Part shown: piece by piece, positions 43,836 to 53,402 of the stretch
Position numbering within the stretch: the stretch's first letter is position 1
How the letters are laid out: the number at the start of each line of letters is the position of its first letter
The notes under the pieces: model-generated
What the model was told of the DNA's origin: nothing
Seen by the model: the letters and a program-made list of their open reading frames with translations, nothing else
The model's database searches: none
Program-made: the position numbers and the translations under genes
IMG/VR virus record: IMGVR_UViG_3300045988_067221
Location: 1-58,752 of that record
Direction: 5' to 3' (one strand)
DNA from: a virus
DNA length: 58,752 bases

Positions 43836-43979
43836 ATGAGTGAAAGAGAAAAACAGGTAGTCGAGAAGCTGAAAGAAGCAATTCCGAAGATGTCAGATTT
43901 TGACAAGGGTTACATTCTTGGAAAAGTTGAGAGCATGGCAGAACAAAAGCAGAAAGATAAGCTCGACAAGAAAGAGTAG
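43836..43979 (+). CDS. 47-aa hypothetical protein (not in ORF track)
   Basis: MSEREKQVVEKLKEAIPKMSDFDKGYILGKVESMAEQKQ.. Confidence 0.4.
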   Translation: MSEREKQVVEKLKEAIPKMSDFDKGYILGKVESMAEQKQKDKLDKKE

Positions 43980-43987
43980 GTGGTCAG

Positions 43988-44182
43988 ATGCGTAATGCAC
44001 CATGTCTGAACTGCGAACGGAAAGGATGCGGAAGCTACCATGATGAGTGCGAGAAGTACAAGGCATTTGTTGAAGAACAGAATATTTTGAAAAACAAAAG
44101 GATGGAAGCAAACACTAAAGTAGTCCCGCAGAGACCGTATCGCAGCCATAAGGTAACACCGATTAAATGCCATAAGAGATGA
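43988..44182 (+). CDS. Small Cys-rich protein
   Basis: ORF track. Confidence 0.5.
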   Translation: MRNAPCLNCERKGCGSYHDECEKYKAFVEEQNILKNKRMEANTKVVPQRPYRSHKVTPIKCHKR

Positions 44183-44197
44183 AGAAAGGAGAAGTGA

Positions 44198-44443
44198 ATG
44201 GCAAATCATATGGAAGAAATCCAGAAGAGCTATTTTGAAAATCTTTCAAAAGATTTATGCAGTACCTGTGAAGGGTCACAGTTCATGGCAAAATACATGA
44301 CTTCGAGAAGTGCTATCTCTGATTTGGAGAAAAAGGTGCTGGAAGTAATCAAAGATAGCGACATCTCAACAGCAGAAGCCATCGGCTTCATGGAGTACAT
44401 GAAACATGTAATTACCAAATGTTCGTGTCCTCGAAACAAATAA
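44198..44443 (+). CDS. Hypothetical protein
   Basis: ORF track; RBS aaggag. Confidence 0.55.
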   Translation: MANHMEEIQKSYFENLSKDLCSTCEGSQFMAKYMTSRSAISDLEKKVLEVIKDSDISTAEAIGFMEYMKHVITKCSCPRNK

Positions 44444-44633
44444 AAATTTCGTCCCCATTGTTGTCTTTTTCAGAATCAGGTATTTGAGAAGCGGTTTTCA
44501 TCAAATCAACAACTTTGTCAGAGAAAGACGGGATTTTCCCACAGTTAGGACACGAAATCTTATCCAAGGACAGTGTGTTGCTAATTGTGTAGGAACAGTA
44601 GCAGGAACATTTGATTTTTAGACCTAAAGTCAT
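44412..44633 (-). CDS. Small zinc-ribbon protein on the opposite strand
   Basis: ORF track; CSCYC..CPNCG; RBS aaggaggt on the minus strand. Confidence 0.5.
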   Translation of the reverse strand: MTLGLKIKCSCYCSYTISNTLSLDKISCPNCGKIPSFSDKVVDLMKTASQIPDSEKDNNGDEIFICFEDTNIW

Positions 44634-44692
44634 ATGATGTGACCTCCTTATAAAAGATAAGGAAATTATACCATGAAAGAAGGTGAATGGAA

Positions 44693-45436
44693 ATGAATGA
44701 GTTATTGAACGTAAATTTTGATACGCAAACCGTATCGGCGAGAGAACTGCATGAGCAGTTGGAAATCAGCAAAAGATTTTCTGCTTGGTTTGAGACAAAT
44801 TCACAGGGATTTGTTGAGGGAGAAGATTTTACCAGCGTACTTAAAGGTACGGAGGTTCAGAACAATGGTGGAATACAGGTTAGAGAATTGCAGGACTACA
44901 ATCTGACAGTTGATATGGCAAAGCACTTATGCCTTATGAGCCGGACAGAGAAAGGTAAGCAGTGCAGACAGTATTTGCTTGATCTGGAAAAAGCTTGGAA
45001 CACACCGGAGCAGGTGATGGCAAGGGCATTGAAGATTGCGAACCGAACTATTGATAGCCTGAAGGAGCATAACACAAAGCTGATCGAGGACTGTGAGCGG
45101 ATGAAACCGAAAGAGATATTTGCTGATGCGGTGTCCGCCAGTAAGACCTCCATACTGATTGGAGACCTTGCAAAACTAATCTGCCAGAATGGTTGCCAGA
45201 TCGGGCAGAAGAGGTTGTTCGAGTGGATGAGAGCTAATGGGTATCTGATCCTGAGAAAAGGGTCTGATTACAATATGCCGACTCAGAGGAGCATGGAGAT
45301 GGGACTTTTCGAGATCAAGGAAAGCACACATCTCAATGGAGATGGGCTGAACGTGATAAGCAAAACTCCAAAAGTTACAGGAAAAGGTCAGCAGTATTTT
45401 ATCAACAAATTTATGAAACAGGCGGAGGCGGTATGA
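44693..45436 (+). CDS. Antirepressor (AntA-type N-terminus plus KilAC C-terminus)
   Basis: ..VSARELHEQLEISKRFSAWF.. and ..IFADAVSASKTSILIGDLAKLICQNG..IGQKRLFEWMRANGYL..; the track start is 44687. Confidence 0.75.
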   Translation: MNELLNVNFDTQTVSARELHEQLEISKRFSAWFETNSQGFVEGEDFTSVLKGTEVQNNGGIQVRELQDYNLTVDMAKHLCLMSRTEKGKQCRQYLLDLEKAWNTPEQVMARALKIANRTIDSLKEHNTKLIEDCERMKPKEIFADAVSASKTSILIGDLAKLICQNGCQIGQKRLFEWMRANGYLILRKGSDYNMPTQRSMEMGLFEIKESTHLNGDGLNVISKTPKVTGKGQQYFINKFMKQAEAV

Positions 45437-45909
45437 AAAGGATGATAACGGCGGTGGTAATCGTAATATTGTTGTTTGCCGGTTTTGCCTTGATTGCGAA
45501 TGCCGGTAGCGATCATCAGGGAGACTGGCAGGAGTACATTGAAAGACTCTGCGAGGACAAAGATATTTTGCCTGAGCTGGTGGAGGCAATGATTGAAAAG
45601 GAATCCAGCTGGGATCCGGAGGCGGTAAACGGTAACTGTGTAGGACTCATGCAGGTGAATAAAGAGATCCACAAAGAGTTGATAGGCGACCGTGATATGA
45701 CAGATCCATACGACAACATTTATGTGGGAGTAACTATTCTGGAAGAACTGCTTCACAAATATGGTGAAGCGGCACCGGCATTGATGTTCTATAACGCAGG
45801 ATATTCCGATAATTACGGAATCGGAGCGTATGAGGATGAAAAGCTTAGCAACTATGCTGATGAGATTTTGAAACGTGCAGCGGAACTGGAAAGACTGCAC
45901 GGGAAATAG
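45433..45909 (+). CDS. Lytic transglycosylase (SLT domain) with N-terminal TM/signal
   Basis: ..VEAMIEKESSWDPEAVNGNCVGLMQVN......YNAGY. Confidence 0.75.
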   Translation: MKRMITAVVIVILLFAGFALIANAGSDHQGDWQEYIERLCEDKDILPELVEAMIEKESSWDPEAVNGNCVGLMQVNKEIHKELIGDRDMTDPYDNIYVGVTILEELLHKYGEAAPALMFYNAGYSDNYGIGAYEDEKLSNYADEILKRAAELERLHGK

Positions 45910-45921
45910 GAGGAATAGACC

Positions 45922-46032
45922 ATGACAATTTATATTCCAGAATTTTGGGTAGGATTTATGGCCTGCATTATTGCGGAAGTTACAGCAATCGTGGCATATA
46001 CCTGGTATGTTTCATGGAGAAAGAAAAGATGA
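45922..46032 (+). CDS. 36-aa TM peptide (not in ORF track)
   Basis: MTIYIPEFWVGFMACIIAEVTAIVAYTWYVSWRKKR; RBS taggagg. Confidence 0.4.
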   Translation: MTIYIPEFWVGFMACIIAEVTAIVAYTWYVSWRKKR

Positions 46033-46205
46033 AGCAGCCGAAACGCCTCACAAGAGAGCAAAAAGAAGCTGTGGCAGCGTCCAGGTTGAATCCAAATAAT
46101 TGGATGCTAGCAGGAGAAACAGAATTTTACTTAAAAGTGATCCATAAAGAGAGCGGAATCATTCGATCCGTGGATAAATTCAGAAGATTAAGGAGAATAA
46201 GATGA
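46029..46205 (+). CDS. Small basic protein (KRLTREQKE.. type)
   Basis: ATG at 46029 overlaps the upstream stop; within ORF 45945-46205. Confidence 0.5.
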   Translation: MKQPKRLTREQKEAVAASRLNPNNWMLAGETEFYLKVIHKESGIIRSVDKFRRLRRIR

Positions 46206-46309
46206 AAAAGGAAATGACAGTGCAGGAATGCGTAGAAAGATTTGAAAAGAGTGGAAAAACCGTTGAAATCAATGACGGGAAGGTTGAGTATGCGGAGGAC
46301 GAAAAATGA
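46202..46309 (+). CDS. 35-aa hypothetical protein (not in ORF track)
   Basis: ATGA overlaps at both ends. Confidence 0.35.
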   Translation: MKKEMTVQECVERFEKSGKTVEINDGKVEYAEDEK

Positions 46310-46569
46310 AGGAAGCCGAGCTTAGAGAAGACGAATATGTCTGCATCAGAAAAGACACATACGACAGACTTCTTGACATCGAAACAAGAGTTGATGTTCT
46401 TGTTGATTTACTGGCAGCAGATAAGCATGTCGATGTAGAACTGGAATTGAGGATTCTTGGAACGGAATTAGCAATCACAACAGCAAATGAGATAAAAGCT
46501 GAAAAGGAGAGGGAATATGAAGCTTATAAAAATGGTTCTTCGCAACTTCATGGCGTATCCGGAAGCTGA
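46306..46569 (+). CDS. Hypothetical protein
   Basis: ORF track. Confidence 0.5.
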   Translation: MKEAELREDEYVCIRKDTYDRLLDIETRVDVLVDLLAADKHVDVELELRILGTELAITTANEIKAEKEREYEAYKNGSSQLHGVSGS

Positions 46570-48430
46570 AATTGATTTTTCAGATATTACTAAAATTTCC
46601 GGAAAAAATGGTGCTGGAAAGTCGAGTATTGCAACAGCATACACATGGTGCTTATTTGATTGTGACTACAATCTGAAAAGCAGTCCGACAGTTCGTAGGG
46701 AAGTTACAGGATCTCCGGTAATGGATTCTGATGTAGAAGTAACACTGATATTCGATCTGGATGGGAAAGAAGTTTCCATGCGTAAGGTACAGCACCGGAC
46801 GATCAGCAAGGACGGAGCATCCTACAAAGATGATAATAAATATTTTATCAATGATGTTCCAAAGAAAAAGGCTGAATTTGAATCATATCTTGGAATTGAT
46901 ATGGGACTTTTGAAAAGCTGCTCGAATCCGGAAGCTTTTTTAGTAAAAAAATCAGATGAAATGAGAGCATATTTGTTTTCGCTTTCAGAATCTTTTTCAG
47001 ATATGTATGTTTGCATGGAGAACGAAAGCCTTCATGGACTGGCAGAAAAGCTGAAAGATTATTCAGTTGAGGAGTTATCTGCCATGAATAAGAAAAAGAA
47101 ATCGGATATTGAGAAAGAGCTTCCGGTTCTGGACGGACAGATTAAGGAGAAAGAACGAGACATCAAGTTAAAATCCGACATGGATGTATCTGATCTGGAA
47201 TTGCAGAGAAATACACTGAAAGAACAGATTGCAGAGAATCTGAAAAAACAGGCTGATAGTCAGAACATTTTGAAAGATTATGAAGCTGCGACTGACGGAA
47301 TTATGGAGCTGAAATTCAAACTGTCAGATATGCAGAATCAGGCGAATAATGCTCTTTCTGAAAAAGTCAGGGAAATCAGGAGCGAGATTGCAGAAAAAAC
47401 AGCCGAAAAGCGGAGATTAGAAATTGAGTCTGACAATTACAGCCGGAAAGTAGAAATATTGACAGATTCAATTAAGAGATTGACCGAAGATAAGCAGAAA
47501 ATGGCTGAACTTTGGAAGCAGGAGAAAGCAAGAGTATTTGACGAAAACAGTACCGTGTGCGTCTACTGCGGGCAGGAATATCCAGATGACAAGAAAGAAC
47601 AGCTCCGGTCAGAGTTTGCTGTCAGAAAAGAAGCTGAGTTAAAACGGATTACCGATAAAGGAATGTCGCTGAAAAAGACGATTGAAGAAGATGAACAAGA
47701 AGTCGAGAAACTGAATGATTCTTTGAAAGAGACAACTGAAGATATCAGAAATATCGAAGAAGAGATTCGACTTCTCAAAGAAAAAGAAGCAAAAATTCCG
47801 GTTGCTGCGGATATTTCCGGTAATGAAGAATATAAGAAAATTCAGGACCAGATTGCTGAAAAGGAAAAGTACCTGGAACAGTTTGGAAACGCTTCTGATC
47901 TGAAAGGACAGCTTAAACAGGAAGAATCGGAGCTAAACGAACAGCTGAGAGCCTGCGAACAGAAAATTGCACAGTCGGATACTTCCGCAGAAGAAGAACG
48001 ACTGGAAGAACTGAAAGCAAGAAAGCTTGACCTGGGGCAGAAAAAGACGGATGCAGAGCATATACTTGACCTTCTGGCAGAACTGGAAAAGAAGAAAAAC
48101 GAGCTGATTTCTGATGAAGTCAACAGCCATTTTGGACTGGTTAAATGGAAGTTGTTCGAGAATGCAAAGAACGGCAATTATAAATCTGTATGTATTCCAC
48201 AGATTGATGGAAAGTCAATTCTGACCACCATCAGCAATAAGGGAAACCGGATTCTCGGGAAACTGGATATTTGCCGGAGTATCCAGAAAATCGAGGGCAT
48301 TTCAGTTCCTATTTGGTTGGACGATTGCGAGTCGTTAGACTCTGAAAATCAGAAGAAGGTTATTGATATGGTGGACGGACAGCTGATTATGCTGATCGTA
48401 AATGATGGAAAAGAATTAAAAGTGGAGTGA
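46517..48430 (+). CDS. SMC/Rad50/SbcC-like AAA ATPase with long coiled-coil insert
   Basis: N-terminal Walker A ..ISGKNGAGKSS.., ~350-aa coiled coil containing CxxC, C-terminal ..IWLDDCESLD (Walker-B-like). Confidence 0.65.
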   Translation: MKLIKMVLRNFMAYPEAEIDFSDITKISGKNGAGKSSIATAYTWCLFDCDYNLKSSPTVRREVTGSPVMDSDVEVTLIFDLDGKEVSMRKVQHRTISKDGASYKDDNKYFINDVPKKKAEFESYLGIDMGLLKSCSNPEAFLVKKSDEMRAYLFSLSESFSDMYVCMENESLHGLAEKLKDYSVEELSAMNKKKKSDIEKELPVLDGQIKEKERDIKLKSDMDVSDLELQRNTLKEQIAENLKKQADSQNILKDYEAATDGIMELKFKLSDMQNQANNALSEKVREIRSEIAEKTAEKRRLEIESDNYSRKVEILTDSIKRLTEDKQKMAELWKQEKARVFDENSTVCVYCGQEYPDDKKEQLRSEFAVRKEAELKRITDKGMSLKKTIEEDEQEVEKLNDSLKETTEDIRNIEEEIRLLKEKEAKIPVAADISGNEEYKKIQDQIAEKEKYLEQFGNASDLKGQLKQEESELNEQLRACEQKIAQSDTSAEEERLEELKARKLDLGQKKTDAEHILDLLAELEKKKNELISDEVNSHFGLVKWKLFENAKNGNYKSVCIPQIDGKSILTTISNKGNRILGKLDICRSIQKIEGISVPIWLDDCESLDSENQKKVIDMVDGQLIMLIVNDGKELKVE

Positions 48431-48436
48431 GAAAGA

Positions 48437-48763
48437 ATGACGCTATATTTTTATGAATTGGACAGGACGTATGCATTTCTGAACGGAACTGGGATTAAAA
48501 TTCGGAAATGCGAAGCAAAAGAAAGACCAAAAACATACGTACCGTTGAATGAGAAGTTTTTTCCGAATTATGTATACTCTGTAAGAAAAGAAGAGATAGG
48601 GGAAGTACTGAATGGAAGTACGGTTATTTTGGAAAAGCCGGATTTTGAACTTGCAAAAATAATTTTTATGAAAAGGTTGAAACTTGAGATTCAAAAAAAG
48701 GAAAAAGAATTAGAACGCCTGGAAAAAATTTATGATGCAGTTTTGGAAAGCGAGGAAAAATAA
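48437..48763 (+). CDS. Hypothetical protein
   Basis: ORF track. Confidence 0.5.
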   Translation: MTLYFYELDRTYAFLNGTGIKIRKCEAKERPKTYVPLNEKFFPNYVYSVRKEEIGEVLNGSTVILEKPDFELAKIIFMKRLKLEIQKKEKELERLEKIYDAVLESEEK

Positions 48764-48764
48764 A

Positions 48765-48986
48765 ATGGCAAAATTTAAAGTCAGACAGGACGCAAATTAT
48801 GCAGTAGGGCATTTGCGCTACGGTCACAGAGAGGGAACCATTGAAGCTGATTCGAAAGAAGATGCTTTAAACAAGCTGAAAAATGATGGATATACAGACT
48901 ATCTTGATTTTGTTTTAGATGATTATGAGCTTGAGGACGTTGATTACAGTGGCAATGATTTTGAAATCGAAGAAAGTGAGGAGTAA
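48765..48986 (+). CDS. Small acidic protein
   Basis: ATG at 48765 within ORF 48732-48986. Confidence 0.5.
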   Translation: MAKFKVRQDANYAVGHLRYGHREGTIEADSKEDALNKLKNDGYTDYLDFVLDDYELEDVDYSGNDFEIEESEE

Positions 48987-49057
48987 AAATGAGTAAAGCA
49001 TTGGATATGGCAAGATAACTGGTTAAGAAGCTGGAAGAAGAGGAAAAACAGTCGAAA

Positions 49058-49588
49058 GTGCAGCTTTCAACTTTGAATCCGGGAGATGTATTCAAAATTG
49101 GAGAGCATGATTTTATTGTACTGACGCAGTACAGAGAGGAAACGGCAGTAATTTCCAAAGGATTCATGGCTGAAAATGTGAAATTTGATGATGATTCGAG
49201 AAACTATAAAGAGTCAAATCTGAAAAAGGTTATCGAAAATCTGATCCAGCCGGTTATTGAGAAGGAAGTCGGATCAAAAAACCTTATTGAGCATGAGGTT
49301 GATCTGACAAGTGTAGATATGCAGGACGAATTAGGAAGAGATAGATGCAAAGTCAGGCCTATAACATTTGATGAAGCACGACAGTATAACGATTTACTGG
49401 TTAATAAAAACCTTAAGGCTTTGTGGTGGACATGCACACCTTGGAGCACAGAAGATAGAGGACGGAAATATTCAATTACCGTTGTTGCTCCGTCCGGCGG
49501 TATCAACTACGACAATTGCGTCATCGACCTCGGTGTTCGCCCGTTTTGTGTCTTAAAATCTAATATCTTTGTATCGAAGGGAGAATGA
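49058..49588 (+). CDS. DUF6273-like protein, paralog 1
   Basis: C-terminal ..LWWTCTPWST....SITVVAPSGGINYDNCVIDLGVRPFCVLKSNIFVS. Confidence 0.55.
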   Translation: MQLSTLNPGDVFKIGEHDFIVLTQYREETAVISKGFMAENVKFDDDSRNYKESNLKKVIENLIQPVIEKEVGSKNLIEHEVDLTSVDMQDELGRDRCKVRPITFDEARQYNDLLVNKNLKALWWTCTPWSTEDRGRKYSITVVAPSGGINYDNCVIDLGVRPFCVLKSNIFVSKGE

Positions 49589-49590
49589 AA

Positions 49591-50205
49591 ATGGGATTAA
49601 CAATGAAAGCATTGCAGGAACAGATTGATGTGTTAAAAAAAGAAATGGAAGAGCTGAGAAGCGGCCAGAAAGTAGAATGCAACAAGAAATTTTCTAAATT
49701 TCTTACTATTGGTGAAACATTTGAACTGGCAGGAGTTAATTGGAAGATTATTGATATCACAACTGACGGTCATGTTTGCCTGTCTGATTCTATAGGTGAA
49801 ATGAAATTCAGCTCTGAAAACAATGACTGGAGAACCAGCAATCTTCGGAAGTATTTGAATGAAGAATTTTTGAAAAAGATTGAATCAGAAATCGGAGCAG
49901 GTAATCTGATAGGATTTGAAAGAAATCTTCTTTCTTTGGACGGCCAGACGGAGTACGGAACCTGTGATGATAAAGTGTCACTTTTGACAGTGGATGAGTA
50001 CCGGAAATACAGAAGGCTGATTCCAAATACAGGTGATTGGTTCTGGTTGATTTCTCCGTGGAGTACACCTTGCAATGATTTCAAAAACAGTGTTACCGTT
50101 GTTGCTCCGACTGGCCGTATCTACAACAGCAATTGCCTCGGCGGCAACGGTGTTCGCCCGTTTTGTATCTTTTCTTCTGCAATCTTTGAATCAGAGGAAA
50201 AATAA
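49591..50205 (+). CDS. DUF6273-like protein, paralog 2
   Basis: C-terminal ..WFWLISPWST....SVTVVAPTGRIYNSNCLGGNGVRPFCIFSSAIFES; the track start is 49585. Confidence 0.55.
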   Translation: MGLTMKALQEQIDVLKKEMEELRSGQKVECNKKFSKFLTIGETFELAGVNWKIIDITTDGHVCLSDSIGEMKFSSENNDWRTSNLRKYLNEEFLKKIESEIGAGNLIGFERNLLSLDGQTEYGTCDDKVSLLTVDEYRKYRRLIPNTGDWFWLISPWSTPCNDFKNSVTVVAPTGRIYNSNCLGGNGVRPFCIFSSAIFESEEK

Positions 50206-50327
50206 ATGGCGGAAACAGAACAAAAAGTAATTCTGAAAGCAAAGGTCAGAACTGGTTAGATCTGGGAAATTGCATTAAGTTGTGCCACTCGATGGATTTA
50301 TATGTAAAAGAATTATTGGAGGAATAA

Positions 50328-51362
50328 GTGATTATGGCAAATACACAGGTAGCAGAAAAGAAAGCATTTACGACCTCTTTAAGCGTATGGTCAAATGAAA
50401 TTACAGGCTTGATCGCAAGGGATTACGAGACTTGTGGAGTGCAATTTGATGATTATGCAAAAAAATGCGCTATGGAAGCGATGACCAGTATTTACACACT
50501 TGTAAAAAATGACAGTAAAACGGATATTAACAATATTGACAAGAGCAATCTGCGGCAGATTGTTGAAAACTGCGCCAGCCTTAAACTGAACGCTGGTTCC
50601 AATCCGCGAGAGTGTTTCTTCCAGCTTAGAAGTGTGAAAGTTGGGAACGACTGGATGAAAGTCGTTGAAATGGGTATTGAGGGTGATGGATATGATGCGT
50701 TACTTTCCAATTTCGGTAAAAACGTAAAGCAGGTATACCCGTTCTGGGCTGTTAAGGAAGGTGATGTATATGTGTCACCGAAACATCGTGGATTGGAAGT
50801 TGCCCCTCCGGAGTGGGAGGAGAAGGGCCTGTCAGACAAAGTGGTTCGGGTAGTATATCCGGTAAAGTTGACAGACGGAACCGTAACATACCTGATTGCA
50901 GAGCGTGATGGGGTAAAGGTAAATCTTCTGGCTCATGTAAAGCAGAATATGATGAACGCCACATTTGGCATTTGCGCTGACAGATTCAAGGCAACGGAAA
51001 AGCAGAAAGAGGAAATCAAGGCGAAGAAAACGGAGGTTCTGGATGCTATGAGAGCTTGCAAGACCGTGGATGAAATGTTGAAATGCGAGCTTGCCAGACC
51101 GTTTATCAGCGGTGCGTGGCTGGACACACCTGAAAGTATGATTCAGCGCAAGATGCGTAACAATGCAATCAGAAAATTTCCGAAGAATTACGACCCGATG
51201 GCCCGGCAGGCGCAGCTTGAAATGGACGAGGTGTACCAGGCATCGAAGGCGGAGATCGAGGAGAATGCAAATTCTATGGATTTTGAACCGGAAGAAACTG
51301 CTGGAACAGTGACCGAACCGGACGGGCAGCAGGCAATGCCGGAGTTCATGCAGGAGGGATAA
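50328..51362 (+). CDS. RecT-like single-strand annealing protein candidate
   Basis: Position between the SMC-like ATPase and the nuclease/SSB genes; ..ENCASLKLNAGSNPRECFFQLRS.. Start is GTG 50328 or ATG 50334. Confidence 0.4.
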   Translation: MIMANTQVAEKKAFTTSLSVWSNEITGLIARDYETCGVQFDDYAKKCAMEAMTSIYTLVKNDSKTDINNIDKSNLRQIVENCASLKLNAGSNPRECFFQLRSVKVGNDWMKVVEMGIEGDGYDALLSNFGKNVKQVYPFWAVKEGDVYVSPKHRGLEVAPPEWEEKGLSDKVVRVVYPVKLTDGTVTYLIAERDGVKVNLLAHVKQNMMNATFGICADRFKATEKQKEEIKAKKTEVLDAMRACKTVDEMLKCELARPFISGAWLDTPESMIQRKMRNNAIRKFPKNYDPMARQAQLEMDEVYQASKAEIEENANSMDFEPEETAGTVTEPDGQQAMPEFMQEG

Positions 51363-51382
51363 GATGAGAGTAATTTCGCAGG

Positions 51383-51565
51383 ATGGTTCAGGAAGGCGAA
51401 CCAATAACAAGCATTGAAGAATTGCTGAAACAGGAATGGGTTATGTGGTATCACAACACAAAGCATATTGAAGTGATTAAGCATACTCAACTTGCAACTG
51501 TTTTGAAGTGGCTTGGTAATGGTGCTTTTCACAAAGCTATCAGGAAGGAAAGCGAGGTGATGTAA
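51383..51565 (+). CDS. Hypothetical small protein
   Basis: ORF track; the stop overlaps the next ATG. Confidence 0.45.
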   Translation: MVQEGEPITSIEELLKQEWVMWYHNTKHIEVIKHTQLATVLKWLGNGAFHKAIRKESEVM

Positions 51566-52292
51566 TGCTCAAACTGTTATGCTGCGGAACTGGAAGCTCT
51601 GGAAACTCATATGCACTTAGAACTGATACGGAAACACTTCTGCTTGATGCAGGAATGCCAATTAAGGATATTAAGAGAATGTGCGGATGGAATGTGAGGG
51701 ACATTTCCGGTTGTGTTGTAACTCATGAGCATGGTTAGGAGACCATAGCAAATCACTGAAAGAATTAGAAACAATGGGAATGCCTGTATTTGCTCCGTAT
51801 AGAGATGGTATCGGTGCAAAATTCAAAGGCAGATGGAAAATCAGAGCATTTGATTTAACTGATTTGAATGGCAAATGGATGCATACAAACGGTGATGGTT
51901 CTGAATGCCCATGTTACGGTTTTTGGATTCAGCACCCAGAGATTGGGACAATGATTTATGCAACTGACACAGAACTGATTAAGTGGCGGTTCAAAAATGT
52001 GAATCACATTCTACTGGGTGTCAATTATGACCAGGAATTATTATCCGGCGACGATGCAAAGAAAAATCATGTTGTCCGGGGACACATGAGCATTGATACA
52101 GCTTGCGACTTTGTGAAAGCCAATGCGTCAGATCAGTTGCAGAACGTTATTATGTGCCATTTATCGAGCGAAAATGCTGATAGTGATAGTTTTATCGAGA
52201 AGATGAAAAAAGTTGCTTATGGGGCGAATGTAGATGTTGCGGTTGCAGGGAAAAGTTGGGATTTGAAAAATCCTAGTGAGTGTCCATTTTAG
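51565..52292 (+). pseudogene. Metallo-beta-lactamase-fold nuclease gene interrupted inside the HxHxDH motif
   Basis: ORF1 ends ..VVTHEHG-TAG at 51736-51738. Deleting TTAGG (51735-51739) restores THEHGDHSKSLKELETMGMPVFAPY.., in frame with ORF 51774-52292. Confidence 0.65.
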
Positions 52293-52306
52293 AAAGGAGA
52301 ATTGAT

Positions 52307-52789
52307 ATGCCGAACTGGTGCGAGGGAATGTTAAAAATCAGAGGAAAGCAGGAAGATGTATTTAATCTTCTGGCTGACAATCTTCAAGTTTGGAAAGTAG
52401 TTACCATTAGAGAAGATGGTATGCGAGAAGAACTTGACAAAGAAGCCATTGAGATAGACAGAGAAGATGGAACTATATATGTTAAAAGGACTGCACATAT
52501 AAAAGGTACCCGCAGAAACTTTGTTGAGACAAACGAAATAAATGTCTGGAAAAGAAAAGATGGAAATGCCTGTATCGCTGTGGAGTTTAAAGCAGCTTGG
52601 GGCGTAGAAAGTGAACCATACATTGAATTATCCAAAGCATACAATGTGGATATAAAAATAGAAGCATTTGAAAGAGGTATGGAATTTAGCAGATATATCC
52701 TTATCGAAAACGGCAACTTAAAAGAGGATAAAGAAACTGGATATGATGATTATGTATGGGAATGCGTAATGCCTAACCTTGGAGGTTGA
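52307..52789 (+). CDS. DUF1281/Api92-like protein
   Basis: MPNWCEGMLKIRGK.. N-terminal signature; ATG at 52307 within ORF 52280-52789. Confidence 0.5.
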   Translation: MPNWCEGMLKIRGKQEDVFNLLADNLQVWKVVTIREDGMREELDKEAIEIDREDGTIYVKRTAHIKGTRRNFVETNEINVWKRKDGNACIAVEFKAAWGVESEPYIELSKAYNVDIKIEAFERGMEFSRYILIENGNLKEDKETGYDDYVWECVMPNLGG

Positions 52790-52948
52790 TTAGATGATTA
52801 AAGGCAGAAAAGTCTACGACCTATTAACTGATACTTGGAGCACAGGTTATTGGGTTGCGGATGATAAAGGGAATTATTACCCAATATGGTAGAAGAATAT
52901 CCAAATTCAGAATATGAAATTGCGATTAGAAGAAAGGCGGAATGACTT

Positions 52949-53386
52949 ATCAATAAAGTAATTTTAACAGGTAGATTCGTGAAAGACCCTGTCGTTAGAT
53001 ACTCAAACGGAGAGAAAACAACTGCGGTTGCGAGATTTACTCTGGCAGTAGACAGGAGATTCAAAGGTGATGGAAACCAGACGGCTGATTTTATCAACTG
53101 TGTAGCGTTTGGGAAATCCGGGGAGTTTATCGAAAAATATTTCCGTAAAGGTATGAAAGCTAATATTTGCGGACGGATTCAGACCGGCTCTTATACGAAC
53201 AAGGACGGAAACAAGGTCTACACTACAGATGTTCTGGTGGAAGAGATTGAGTTTGGTGAAAGCAAGAACAGCAATCAGCAGAGCGAAGCTCCGGCTAATC
53301 CAAGTAATGCAGTTAATCCAATGACTGATGAAAACGGTTTCATGAACATCCCAGATGGAATTGACGAAGAGTTACCGTTTGCTTGA
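52949..53386 (+). CDS. ssb: Single-stranded DNA-binding protein (start apparently non-canonical)
   Basis: ..INKVILTGRFVKDPVVRYSNGEKTTAVARFTLAVDR......ADFINCVAFGKSGEFIEKYF.KG....GRIQTGSYTNKDG......DDELPF. The conserved INKVILTGR lies upstream of the first canonical start (GTG 52979). Confidence 0.8.
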   Translation: MNKVILTGRFVKDPVVRYSNGEKTTAVARFTLAVDRRFKGDGNQTADFINCVAFGKSGEFIEKYFRKGMKANICGRIQTGSYTNKDGNKVYTTDVLVEEIEFGESKNSNQQSEAPANPSNAVNPMTDENGFMNIPDGIDEELPFA

Positions 53387-53402
53387 TAGAGAGGGTGAGA
53401 AA

